Shown here: positions 51,996 through 60,870 of the stretch, piece after piece | How positions within the stretch are numbered: position 1 is the first letter of the stretch | How the letters are laid out: every line of letters starts with the position of its first letter | DNA from: Phycisphaeraceae bacterium | GTDB lineage: Bacteria > Planctomycetota > Phycisphaerae > Phycisphaerales > Phycisphaeraceae | Assembly (NCBI GenBank): GCA_963674705.1 | Contig: OY771506.1 | Span: forward strand, 4,288,001 to 4,352,000 | Direction of reading: 5' to 3' | Length of the DNA stretch: 64,000 nt | Notes under the pieces: model-generated | Seen by the model: the letters and a program-made list of their open reading frames with translations, nothing else | Told to the model about the DNA's origin: nothing | Databases searched by the model: none | Position numbers and translations under genes: made by a program

Positions 51996-53051
51996 ATGAA
52001 TCCTTCGAACAGCACAACCCGAACCGGTTTCAGCCTTATCGAGATGCTCGTGGTCGTCTCGATCGTGGCGATCGTGCTGGCGATCTCCTTCCCCATGATC
52101 GGCGCCATGCGACGCGACACCGACGCCAGCACGGGGATCAACACCGTCTCCGTCGCCATCCCCTCCGCACGACGCTACGCCACCGACAACCGCTCCTTCA
52201 CCAGCGACCTCGACCTCACCACGCCTACCATCGTCGAACGCGGGATCTTCAGCGGCGCCGCCGCCATCTTCACACCCGCCGGCGAAGTCCGTATCGCTCG
52301 CAATGTCGGCGACGCCAAATGTCAGGACCTCACGTCGACCTACGGCGGTTCGCAATACCTCGAACAACGCGGCCCCATCCTCGCACGCAATTACCAGACC
52401 GCCGGGCAACTGCCCTTACTCGAACTCAACGGCTTCAAAGACATTGATATCGATTACCTGCTGCTCCCGGCCGACACCGGCGTCGCAGGCATCAACCGCG
52501 TCAGCGGCGGTAAACGCGGCGGTCGCAGCATCGATGCCGATGATCCCCCGCTCATCCTGCCCCCGCCTTTCGCTGTCTGGTACAACCAGAACGGCATCCT
52601 CGTCGCCACCGGCTGGGACATCGCCAATGGCTACCACAACGAGTACCAGTACGTCTACTACGACGGCAACTACGACAGCCAGTACAACGCCCTTGATAAC
52701 AGCCCGGGCTCCTTCCGCTGGACCGTGTCGGGCGGCTATAACCCCGATGAGTTCGATCCCAACTCGGGCGAATTCGACAGAAATAACTGGGACGACAACG
52801 AGGGCAAATATGTCCTGCCCTTCGAGGCGCTCGAGGCCGTCGTCGGCATCTTCACCTACTCCAAGGATGCCTTCCACGAAGCTAACGACCGATGGGATGA
52901 CGGCGAAACCAACACCAGCATCGCCGCACCCGACTGGATGCAAACCAGTGACAATGACAATAAGGCCCGATGGGAATGGATGGTCGCCAACGGCGAAATG
53001 ATCATGTTCAGCAAGCAGACCGGATCACTCATACGCAACCGCGATAAATAA
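51996..53051 (+). CDS. Prepilin-type protein (GspH/FimU-like minor pilin)
   Basis: G|FSLIEMLVVVSIV. Confidence 0.9.
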   Translation: MNPSNSTTRTGFSLIEMLVVVSIVAIVLAISFPMIGAMRRDTDASTGINTVSVAIPSARRYATDNRSFTSDLDLTTPTIVERGIFSGAAAIFTPAGEVRIARNVGDAKCQDLTSTYGGSQYLEQRGPILARNYQTAGQLPLLELNGFKDIDIDYLLLPADTGVAGINRVSGGKRGGRSIDADDPPLILPPPFAVWYNQNGILVATGWDIANGYHNEYQYVYYDGNYDSQYNALDNSPGSFRWTVSGGYNPDEFDPNSGEFDRNNWDDNEGKYVLPFEALEAVVGIFTYSKDAFHEANDRWDDGETNTSIAAPDWMQTSDNDNKARWEWMVANGEMIMFSKQTGSLIRNRDK

Positions 53052-53053
53052 TC

Positions 53054-54112
53054 ATGATGCTCTTTACGACACATCCCGCGCAACCCGAAGCCCACGTTTG
53101 CCAAACGTGGGCCCACGATGCGGTCCGCGCACGCAACGCACAGCGCCGCCCACACACTCGACGCACGCGTAATGCCGGCTTCAGCCTCATGGAAGTCCTG
53201 GTCGCGCTGGGCATCTTCACCGTCGGCCTCGTCGCCGTCGCCGCCATCTTCCCCACCGCCATCACCATCCAACGCGACACCGTACGACAGGTCGACGGCG
53301 AACGCATCGGTAAAAACGCCCGCGCCATGGTCCTGGCCATGGCCCGTAACGATTCCGCTTCCTACCCGGACCAGCCCTACGCCGAAATGAGCTACGATCC
53401 CAGCAACGGCTCCGGCTCGCTCTCCCGATTTATCTCCAATGCAAAGATCGCCTCGGCGTACAACCCCACGCCCGTCCTGCCGATGATCGACCTGCCTGAA
53501 GCGTATATGGATCCGGATAATTACCTGCACACAAACGCCCTGCACTCAGACCACGGCCGGTCCCCCGTCACGCTAGACGCCCCCTCGTCGTTCCACGGCC
53601 TGTTCAACATCGAAATGCGCAGCTACCCCAAGAATAATCCCGAATACCTGCGGCGCGATTATTACTGGTACCCGCTGCTTAAGGTCTCCGACGCGACCTC
53701 GCCCAATCCCAAGTTCACCATGATCGTCATCGTCATGCACCGCAGCGGCACCGACTTGCCGCCGGAGATCCGTCGCAGCGAAGAGGTCTCCGTGGTTAAA
53801 GACCCGCTTACCGGCAGGTTAAATACGCTCGACTTCGGGACCGACCTGCTGCCCGGGTATAGCAACGACATGAACAACAACTTCATACCCGACTACATCA
53901 GCCCCGGTGACCAGATCATCTGCGATGACGGCAACATACACACCGTCGTCAAAGCCGATGCCAACTCTGTCACCGTCGATTCACCCAACGTCGGCAACCC
54001 CAAACACTTTTACTTCGCCGTGGCGATCGACCGGGCCAACCTTATCAAGAAAGAAAGCCTGTCGCCGATCGTCTGGATCGAGGACGACATCACCCTCAGC
54101 GTCAACCCGTAA
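53054..54112 (+). CDS. Prepilin-type protein (GspI/PilV-like minor pilin)
   Basis: G|FSLMEVLVALGIFTVGLVAVAAIFP. Confidence 0.9.
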   Translation: MMLFTTHPAQPEAHVCQTWAHDAVRARNAQRRPHTRRTRNAGFSLMEVLVALGIFTVGLVAVAAIFPTAITIQRDTVRQVDGERIGKNARAMVLAMARNDSASYPDQPYAEMSYDPSNGSGSLSRFISNAKIASAYNPTPVLPMIDLPEAYMDPDNYLHTNALHSDHGRSPVTLDAPSSFHGLFNIEMRSYPKNNPEYLRRDYYWYPLLKVSDATSPNPKFTMIVIVMHRSGTDLPPEIRRSEEVSVVKDPLTGRLNTLDFGTDLLPGYSNDMNNNFIPDYISPGDQIICDDGNIHTVVKADANSVTVDSPNVGNPKHFYFAVAIDRANLIKKESLSPIVWIEDDITLSVNP

Positions 54113-54114
54113 TC

Positions 54115-55746
54115 ATGAGCCATTACACCAACACATCACGAGACACGTTCGCCCGGCATAGCCGGCTGGGTATCACGCTCATCGAAATGATGGTTGCCCT
54201 GGCGATCACCACCTTCGTTATCCTCGTCGTCAACCAGCTCTTCAACAGCGTCACCCAGACCGTCGCCCGCGGCACGCAGGCCAGCGAACTGCTGCAAAAA
54301 TCCCGCACCATCGACGAGCAGCTCGCCTTCGAGACCGCCCTGGATAACTCGACTTTCAACGACCAGACCACGCCCGATAGCGCCAAATACGCCCAGTGGC
54401 ACAGCCGCATGGTCGGGCCCGCCGGCCGCAACGGTACCGGTGTTGACGGCAATCCTACAAATAGCGACCCCGGCGGCGTCCTCGCCATCGTCCAGCGCGT
54501 CATCAATGCCCCGCTGACTTTTGAAGATGCCCAGCGTGGCGTTACCCGCCCTATCCGCAGTGACCAGTTGATGTACTTCTATGACCAGAAGTCGCCGCTC
54601 GATGCCGAGGACAAGCGCATGCCCACCATGGCGCCGTCCTCACGCCTCAGCTTCACCGGCGACCAGCGCGACTCCCTCAACGCCGACTACGTCCGCATGT
54701 GGTACGGCCACGTCGTGCAGATCCCCGAGGGTATGTCCACCACCGATATCGATTTATCCAGCGTCAATAATTATAATTCGTGGGACCTCGGCTACACATC
54801 TGGCACAACCGACACGCAGATCAGCCCCAACATCCTTGCACAGGACTGGGTCCTCGGCCGACACGCCCTGTTCCTGAGCGATCCCAGCCTGACAGACTCA
54901 TCACTGTACACCAGCGCTACCCCACCAACATTTCCCTTCGGGCCTTTTGTCGTTGCCCCCTTTGCTATTCAGAAAGCAGGCATCACCAATAATCCCATGA
55001 TGGCCAATGGCGTCGTCGATGTCACCAATTCAACATTGCATGACTTGATCTATACCGGCTACCCAGCAATCCCCGAGATCGGATTAAATAGCCGGCCGTC
55101 TCTTCTTAATTACCAAAACACCGTCTTGAACATGATGTTCACGAGGGTTCCTTTACTCACCGCGAACACACCCGTCAGCAGCGACCCCACCAAGACGACG
55201 GAAATGGAAGCGTGGGACTACGCGCCGACGCATACCTACTTCATGGGCGGTGTCAGCGACTTCATCGTCGAGTTCGCCGGCGACCTGGTCACCGACAGCT
55301 TCTACCAGATCACCACGCCCACACTGCAGATCCAGCCCGACGGTGAACTGGATCGCGACCCTGAAGGACGCATCAAGTGGTACTCCGCCTATGCGAACTC
55401 TAAAACCAACAACAACAGCGCGATACCCAATCCGGATCAACCCATGACCTACCTCGCGCCGGACCCGAGCTACTACAAACCTAGCATGATTCCTAATGCT
55501 ATGTTCACACGCGCTGACTATGCCTTTATCTGGACACATAAATCATCCACAGCCGTTGCTTCCGAAGCGAATGCCAACTTCACGCAGTGGCCCTGGATGC
55601 TGCGCATCCGTTACCGGCTGCACGACCGCCGCGGCGACTTCGAGGGACGGCAGATCACCGTCAACGCCGCAACAGGCCAAACCGAACCCGAGCCCGGCGT
55701 CTGGTACGAGACCATCCTCCCCGTCAACTACCAGAGCGTGGAATAA
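54115..55746 (+). CDS. Prepilin-type protein (GspJ/PilW-like minor pilin)
   Basis: G|ITLIEMMVALAI; C-terminal WPWMLRIRYRLHD. Confidence 0.9.
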   Translation: MSHYTNTSRDTFARHSRLGITLIEMMVALAITTFVILVVNQLFNSVTQTVARGTQASELLQKSRTIDEQLAFETALDNSTFNDQTTPDSAKYAQWHSRMVGPAGRNGTGVDGNPTNSDPGGVLAIVQRVINAPLTFEDAQRGVTRPIRSDQLMYFYDQKSPLDAEDKRMPTMAPSSRLSFTGDQRDSLNADYVRMWYGHVVQIPEGMSTTDIDLSSVNNYNSWDLGYTSGTTDTQISPNILAQDWVLGRHALFLSDPSLTDSSLYTSATPPTFPFGPFVVAPFAIQKAGITNNPMMANGVVDVTNSTLHDLIYTGYPAIPEIGLNSRPSLLNYQNTVLNMMFTRVPLLTANTPVSSDPTKTTEMEAWDYAPTHTYFMGGVSDFIVEFAGDLVTDSFYQITTPTLQIQPDGELDRDPEGRIKWYSAYANSKTNNNSAIPNPDQPMTYLAPDPSYYKPSMIPNAMFTRADYAFIWTHKSSTAVASEANANFTQWPWMLRIRYRLHDRRGDFEGRQITVNAATGQTEPEPGVWYETILPVNYQSVE

Positions 55747-55787
55747 GACCGAACACGTAATCCTGCCAATGGGCAAGGAGGCGAACG

Positions 55788-58700
55788 ATGTATATGAACG
55801 CCAACAAAACCCGACGCGCATCTTCACACCCGACGACCGACGCGAGCAACGCACGCCCCGGCCACACAACCAGCGTGCGCCAGCAAGGCTCCCTGCTGAT
55901 CCTCTGCGTCACCGTCCTGGTCATCATCGCGCTCATCGGCATCGCCTACCTACAACGCGTCCGCATGGACCAGTACGCCACCGCCCGGCACGAACGCAGC
56001 TACGTCAACACCGTCATCAACGGCATCCTCGGCGAAGTCAGCGACCAGTTGCAGTACGACCTCGTGGCTAATCAGTCCAAGGGTTACCTGCTGTACGACT
56101 ACCCCTATACCGACACCAACACAACCGACTACGAAACGACATCGGAATACACCAGCTCCAGCAAAAGCGGCCAAACCGTACGAGTCAACGGCTTCGAGCA
56201 TAGTAAAGATGTCGCCCCATTCGACGACCGCTGGCTCGCCTCCACCGCGCCCGTCTGGGTACCCGCCGACAACGAATACCACTGGCTGCACCTGACCAAC
56301 CTCACCGGCATGTTCATCGACCTGCCCGAGGAAGACCCCGATGCCAGTCAATACCCCCTCGAATCTTTCATCCTGTTTAATCGGGGACAGATCGGTCAGG
56401 CGATCTTCGGCAACGCGACCAGGTACTACGCCTCCGACACGGACATCGCGATGTCTGATAATCGCTATCTCGGGCTCCGTGGCACCATCCCCGGTTACCA
56501 GATGCGCGGCGTCGACGCCGACGGCGACGGCTTCGTCGACAGCCGATGGCAGTGGGCGCCCGAATCCGTCCGAAGCCTCGGCGGCCGTAAGTATGTCATG
56601 GCGACCCGCATCGTCGACCTCAGCTCCATGATCAACGTCAATACCGCCGGCGCCATATGCTTCACCGCAGCCATGGACGAACCCTACGTGGCCCGTGGGT
56701 ATAACCCCGCCTGGGTCGATCTGTCCCGGCTCTTCAGCCGTACTCACACACCTTACGGCTCAAGATGGCGGCAGGAACTCACCGCACTGCTCAACTTCCG
56801 CATCGATAACCTCGTCCAGAACAACCAGATCACCGACTACTACGGCGACAACCTGACATATATCCTCGAATCCACACGTGATGTCGGCGTCATGTGGCAG
56901 AAACAGGGCTCGATCTACGGCAACGTCGACCGTAACTATGTCATGGATGCCGAACTGGAACTGCGCCGTTTCGGCGGGCTCAACGATACCTCCCTGACCT
57001 CCGTCCTCGAATCGGAAATGGGCCAGGACTTCCCCGCCAATCAGGACCAGGTCAGCCGGCTCCTGCGTCAGCAGCCTAGCGTCGCGATTAACGAAGCCTC
57101 GTTCTGGGATGTGGTCAAAAACATCTACCCCGCTCTGCCTGAAAACGAAAGTGGCTACCGACGGGCCATCGCCGGCTGGTTCTATGGCGCCGCCAACGGC
57201 AGCCTTCCTGTTGATGATACCGACTCGCTGCGCGTCGCAAATCGTGAGTTCCCCGCCATCCGCCACATGCTCACCGCCGCCAGCGGCACCGGCATCTATG
57301 CCCCGGTACTTCAGGATGAAGCAGCCGTCGGCGGCTCACCCGCCAGCGGCAGCATCAAGTACGCACTCAACGACGAGTGGAGCACCGATGCCGGTGTCAA
57401 CGCCACCAAGCTCACCAAGCTGGAAAAACAACTGCGCCAGACATTCAAACGCACCCGCCGCAACCTGGGGAATTACTATCTCGGCCTCGACGCCAGCCAG
57501 ATCGAAGACTTCATCGCCGAATACGCCCTGGCCATCAAAGACTACAGCGATGAAGGAAGCATCCCCAGCAACACAACGATCAGCACTGGCGACGAGGTGT
57601 TCGGTTTAGAACGCCTGCCCTTCCTGCGCGAAGTCTATTGCCAGGCGCTGTATGAAGACACCGGCGATAATGTTGATGCGTTGGGTGCCGCAGTGTCCGA
57701 CGGCATCCCGGATACTTGGGAAGTCGTGCCGGACACCCAGGCCATGGCTATCGAACTGGGCAACCCCTTCTCCCACAACATCCTCGATTCCGAACTCGAC
57801 CAGTTGATCCGCATCCGTATCTCGCAGGGCGGCTCGACCGTCAGCACGTGGATATACGATGCAAGCAGGCCCGGAAGCGATAATCTGCTGGCACGCGACG
57901 ATACCACAACGACCGATCCCGATGACATCATGATCATCGTCAGTGATGCGGCCGATGGACCCGGCTCTAAGAACGACAACGGCGCAGGCGAAGGCGATAA
58001 CCTCGAACTCGACCTTAACCTCGATTCCGCCAGCAAGCCCAACCTCGTCGTCGTCCAGGCGCCGAACGGCTCACTGACCTTTGATACCGACGGCTCCACG
58101 ATCACCGTTGAATTGCAGGTGGAAGTCGACTCCAAAGGCGCAGGCAACTGGGTCACCTACGACCGCATGGAAACCACGCTCTCCTTCCCCGACGAAGAAG
58201 GACCCCACGCACAAGATGCCGCGCCGGCGGTCTCCCAACACATCCAGAAGTCTTTCTGGCGCGACAGTGAATACATCCGTTACGTCAGCGCCGACACCGA
58301 TACCGGTAGCGCTTCAAGCTCGCTCGATTCTACGAAAGACTCCACACCGGGCGGGGTATACAGCGCTACGGTGCCTAACTTCACCAAGGACATCAAAGGC
58401 GCCGTTGCTGGCGGCACCTGGACCCCGCCGGACACATTCCAACTCGCGATCCCCGATCGGCCGATGCTCAGCATGACGGAAATGGCCATGGTGCATGTCT
58501 TTGGCTTTACACGCACCGAATCCTTCTCCGAACGCATCGCCTCACCTCCTGCCCATGTAGCAAGCAGAGACTTCCTGGTCGTCGATCCAAACGACAGTGA
58601 ATACGACGTGATCGACTATCCTTTCGGGGTCCCACACGCCGCACTGCTCATGGACCTGTTCACCACGGTCAGCCCGAGGTATGACGGCAAGGACAATGAC

Positions 58701-59456
58701 AACGATGACGGCAATGAGAACGTCGACGATGGCGACAGCGAGAACGAATTCCTCGTGCCCGGCACCATCAACATCAATACCGCGCCGCTGCATATCCTCA
58801 CGCTGGCGTCTCCGATCGGCGAAACGTTAGGCGATGTCGAAAAACTGATGCGCGCAATCATCGCCTACCGCGATGAACCGATCCGCGGGTCCAAATGGCG
58901 GCCAACCAACTCGCACGGCTCCTACTGGTCACCGGCTGTCGCTGGTTTCGACGTAGACGAGATCAGGAACAACGGCTTTGCCGGCCGACCTGAACACTTG
59001 ACTAATTTTGTGAATTCCGCTGTCCCGGATGACCGGCTGAACCAGCCCGGCATCGCCAGCCTCGGGGAAGTCATGTACCTCAACCCCAACCCCAGCAGCG
59101 ACCTGGCAACCTGCATGATGGGTTACGGCCTGGATACGGCTAACTCACTGTCCGGCGCAAACTTCGACGTCGATATGTACCCCGACCCGAGCGAAGTCAC
59201 CAAAGGCAATGCGTCCGCGATCGACGAGGGTGACGACAACGAGCAACTGCTTGCTCGTTTCGGGATGCTCAGTCAGGCGTATACCGTCCGCAGTGACCGT
59301 TTCGCCGTCTACTGTGTCGTGCGTGGCTACAAGGATGCGAAGTTCAACACCGCGCCGGAAGAATCGGCCCGCTTTATCGCCATCATCGACCGCGGCACCA
59401 TGAAGACCGACGGCTCCGAGTCGCCGCGCATCATCGGTTTTATACGGTTACAGTAG
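55788..59456 (+). CDS. Very large GspK/PilX-like minor pilin
   Basis: QQG|SLLILCVTVLVIIALIG (no Glu5); INVNTA and ININTA motifs; TVRSDRF.VY..VRG; Asp-rich Ca-binding-like loops. Confidence 0.85.
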   Translation: MYMNANKTRRASSHPTTDASNARPGHTTSVRQQGSLLILCVTVLVIIALIGIAYLQRVRMDQYATARHERSYVNTVINGILGEVSDQLQYDLVANQSKGYLLYDYPYTDTNTTDYETTSEYTSSSKSGQTVRVNGFEHSKDVAPFDDRWLASTAPVWVPADNEYHWLHLTNLTGMFIDLPEEDPDASQYPLESFILFNRGQIGQAIFGNATRYYASDTDIAMSDNRYLGLRGTIPGYQMRGVDADGDGFVDSRWQWAPESVRSLGGRKYVMATRIVDLSSMINVNTAGAICFTAAMDEPYVARGYNPAWVDLSRLFSRTHTPYGSRWRQELTALLNFRIDNLVQNNQITDYYGDNLTYILESTRDVGVMWQKQGSIYGNVDRNYVMDAELELRRFGGLNDTSLTSVLESEMGQDFPANQDQVSRLLRQQPSVAINEASFWDVVKNIYPALPENESGYRRAIAGWFYGAANGSLPVDDTDSLRVANREFPAIRHMLTAASGTGIYAPVLQDEAAVGGSPASGSIKYALNDEWSTDAGVNATKLTKLEKQLRQTFKRTRRNLGNYYLGLDASQIEDFIAEYALAIKDYSDEGSIPSNTTISTGDEVFGLERLPFLREVYCQALYEDTGDNVDALGAAVSDGIPDTWEVVPDTQAMAIELGNPFSHNILDSELDQLIRIRISQGGSTVSTWIYDASRPGSDNLLARDDTTTTDPDDIMIIVSDAADGPGSKNDNGAGEGDNLELDLNLDSASKPNLVVVQAPNGSLTFDTDGSTITVELQVEVDSKGAGNWVTYDRMETTLSFPDEEGPHAQDAAPAVSQHIQKSFWRDSEYIRYVSADTDTGSASSSLDSTKDSTPGGVYSATVPNFTKDIKGAVAGGTWTPPDTFQLAIPDRPMLSMTEMAMVHVFGFTRTESFSERIASPPAHVASRDFLVVDPNDSEYDVIDYPFGVPHAALLMDLFTTVSPRYDGKDNDNDDGNENVDDGDSENEFLVPGTININTAPLHILTLASPIGETLGDVEKLMRAIIAYRDEPIRGSKWRPTNSHGSYWSPAVAGFDVDEIRNNGFAGRPEHLTNFVNSAVPDDRLNQPGIASLGEVMYLNPNPSSDLATCMMGYGLDTANSLSGANFDVDMYPDPSEVTKGNASAIDEGDDNEQLLARFGMLSQAYTVRSDRFAVYCVVRGYKDAKFNTAPEESARFIAIIDRGTMKTDGSESPRIIGFIRLQ

Positions 59457-59500
59457 TACACGTATTTGTAAATGGCTTCGACAGACAAAGGATCGATCAG

Positions 59501-60310
59501 ATGCATAAACACCGAGCATTTACCATCATCGAGCTGCTGGTCGTCATCGCGATCATCGCTGTGCTCATCGGCCTGATCTTCCCCGCGATCGGTATGATCA
59601 AGAACAAAGCTCACGAGACGGAAAACAACGTACAGGTACGCAATGTCATCCAGTCTCTGATCGCCTACAGCGACAACCACCGCGGATTCTTCCCAGGGTT
59701 CAACGGCTTCGACTACGTGCCCGACACCCTCCCGCTCACCGGCAAGAGCGGCAACGGCCTGACCGTGCAGGCACGCTACTGGATGCTGCTGGACGGCAAC
59801 TTCACCGACGGCGACGCGCTCATCAGCCCCGCTGAGAATAAAGAGCCCTGGCCCAACGAACAGTACCCCCAGGGCAGCGACGATCGCCAGAAGGTCTTCA
59901 GCGATAACTACTCCTACTCATTCATGCGCATCGGCAACGGCGCCGCCACCGATTCCTACCGACCCGAAGAATGGCGCAACAAGCAGAACTCGCTCGCGCC
60001 GATCGTCACCGACCGGCTGGCGGCAACCTCGTCGATCACGCCCAACCCCGGCAACCCCGATACCTACCTCAGCATCCACAAGGGCAGCACAAAGGGGGAA
60101 TGGCGCGGCTCCATCGGCTACGGCGACCTGCACGTCGACTTCTCCGACACCACCATCATCCCGACACGCTTTGCCGACCAACGCAACGATGCAGACGACA
60201 TCTTTGATACCGCGGACGGCGACGGCGGGGGTCTTCCCAGTGCGGTTGCCACGAAAAATGCTGTGATGACTTACGAAGACACCAATGTATTAATCGGCAT
60301 CATCAAGTAA
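59501..60310 (+). CDS. Prepilin-type N-methylation domain protein (planctomycete DUF1559-like)
   Basis: RA|FTIIELLVVIAIIAVLIGLIFPA; C-terminal GSIGYGDLHV. Confidence 0.88.
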   Translation: MHKHRAFTIIELLVVIAIIAVLIGLIFPAIGMIKNKAHETENNVQVRNVIQSLIAYSDNHRGFFPGFNGFDYVPDTLPLTGKSGNGLTVQARYWMLLDGNFTDGDALISPAENKEPWPNEQYPQGSDDRQKVFSDNYSYSFMRIGNGAATDSYRPEEWRNKQNSLAPIVTDRLAATSSITPNPGNPDTYLSIHKGSTKGEWRGSIGYGDLHVDFSDTTIIPTRFADQRNDADDIFDTADGDGGGLPSAVATKNAVMTYEDTNVLIGIIK

Positions 60311-60362
60311 ATCACGCCGCCCGTCCCCAAAGATTCACGACATCCAATCCAAAGGCTATCTC

Positions 60363-60806
60363 ATGGACCCCAACTGCATCTTCTGTAAGATCGCGGCAGG
60401 CGACATCCCCTGTCATAAACTCTACGAAGACGAGCAGGTGCTCGCGTTCCTCGACCTCGGGCCTTTGGCGGCCGGGCACACGCTTGTCATCCCCAAACAT
60501 CACGCACAAACACTCGGCGAATTGCCCGATGAAGATGCCGCCGCCGTCGGCAGGGTGCTGCCCCGATTGACCAAAGCCATCGCCCAGGTGACCGGTTGCG
60601 ATGCGTACAACGTGCTTCTCAACATCGGCAAGTGTGCCGGGCAGGAAGTCATGCACGTGCACTTCCACATCATCCCCAAACCCGAAGACGCCCCCCCCAT
60701 CAGCCGCGACCCCGGCACCGGCCTCGGTCTCGCCTGGCCCGCCGATACCCTCGACCACGACGAAGCCAAAACACTCGTCCAGAAAATCACCGCCGCACTC
60801 GATTAG
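60363..60806 (+). CDS. HIT family nucleotide hydrolase
   Basis: CIFCKI, AFLD..P...GHTLVIPK, GQEVMHVHFHIIP. Confidence 0.96.
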   Translation: MDPNCIFCKIAAGDIPCHKLYEDEQVLAFLDLGPLAAGHTLVIPKHHAQTLGELPDEDAAAVGRVLPRLTKAIAQVTGCDAYNVLLNIGKCAGQEVMHVHFHIIPKPEDAPPISRDPGTGLGLAWPADTLDHDEAKTLVQKITAALD

Positions 60807-60813
60807 GCATATA

Positions 60814-60848
60814 CCCCCTCTCCCCCTGGGAGAGGGCCGGGGTGAGGG
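60814..60848. repeat. REP-like palindromic element between convergent genes
   Basis: ccctctccc-cct-gggagaggg-ccggggtgaggg, a widespread intergenic palindrome pattern. Confidence 0.75.
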
Positions 60849-60870
60849 CCGTTTGCACTTGTGGCTAAAT

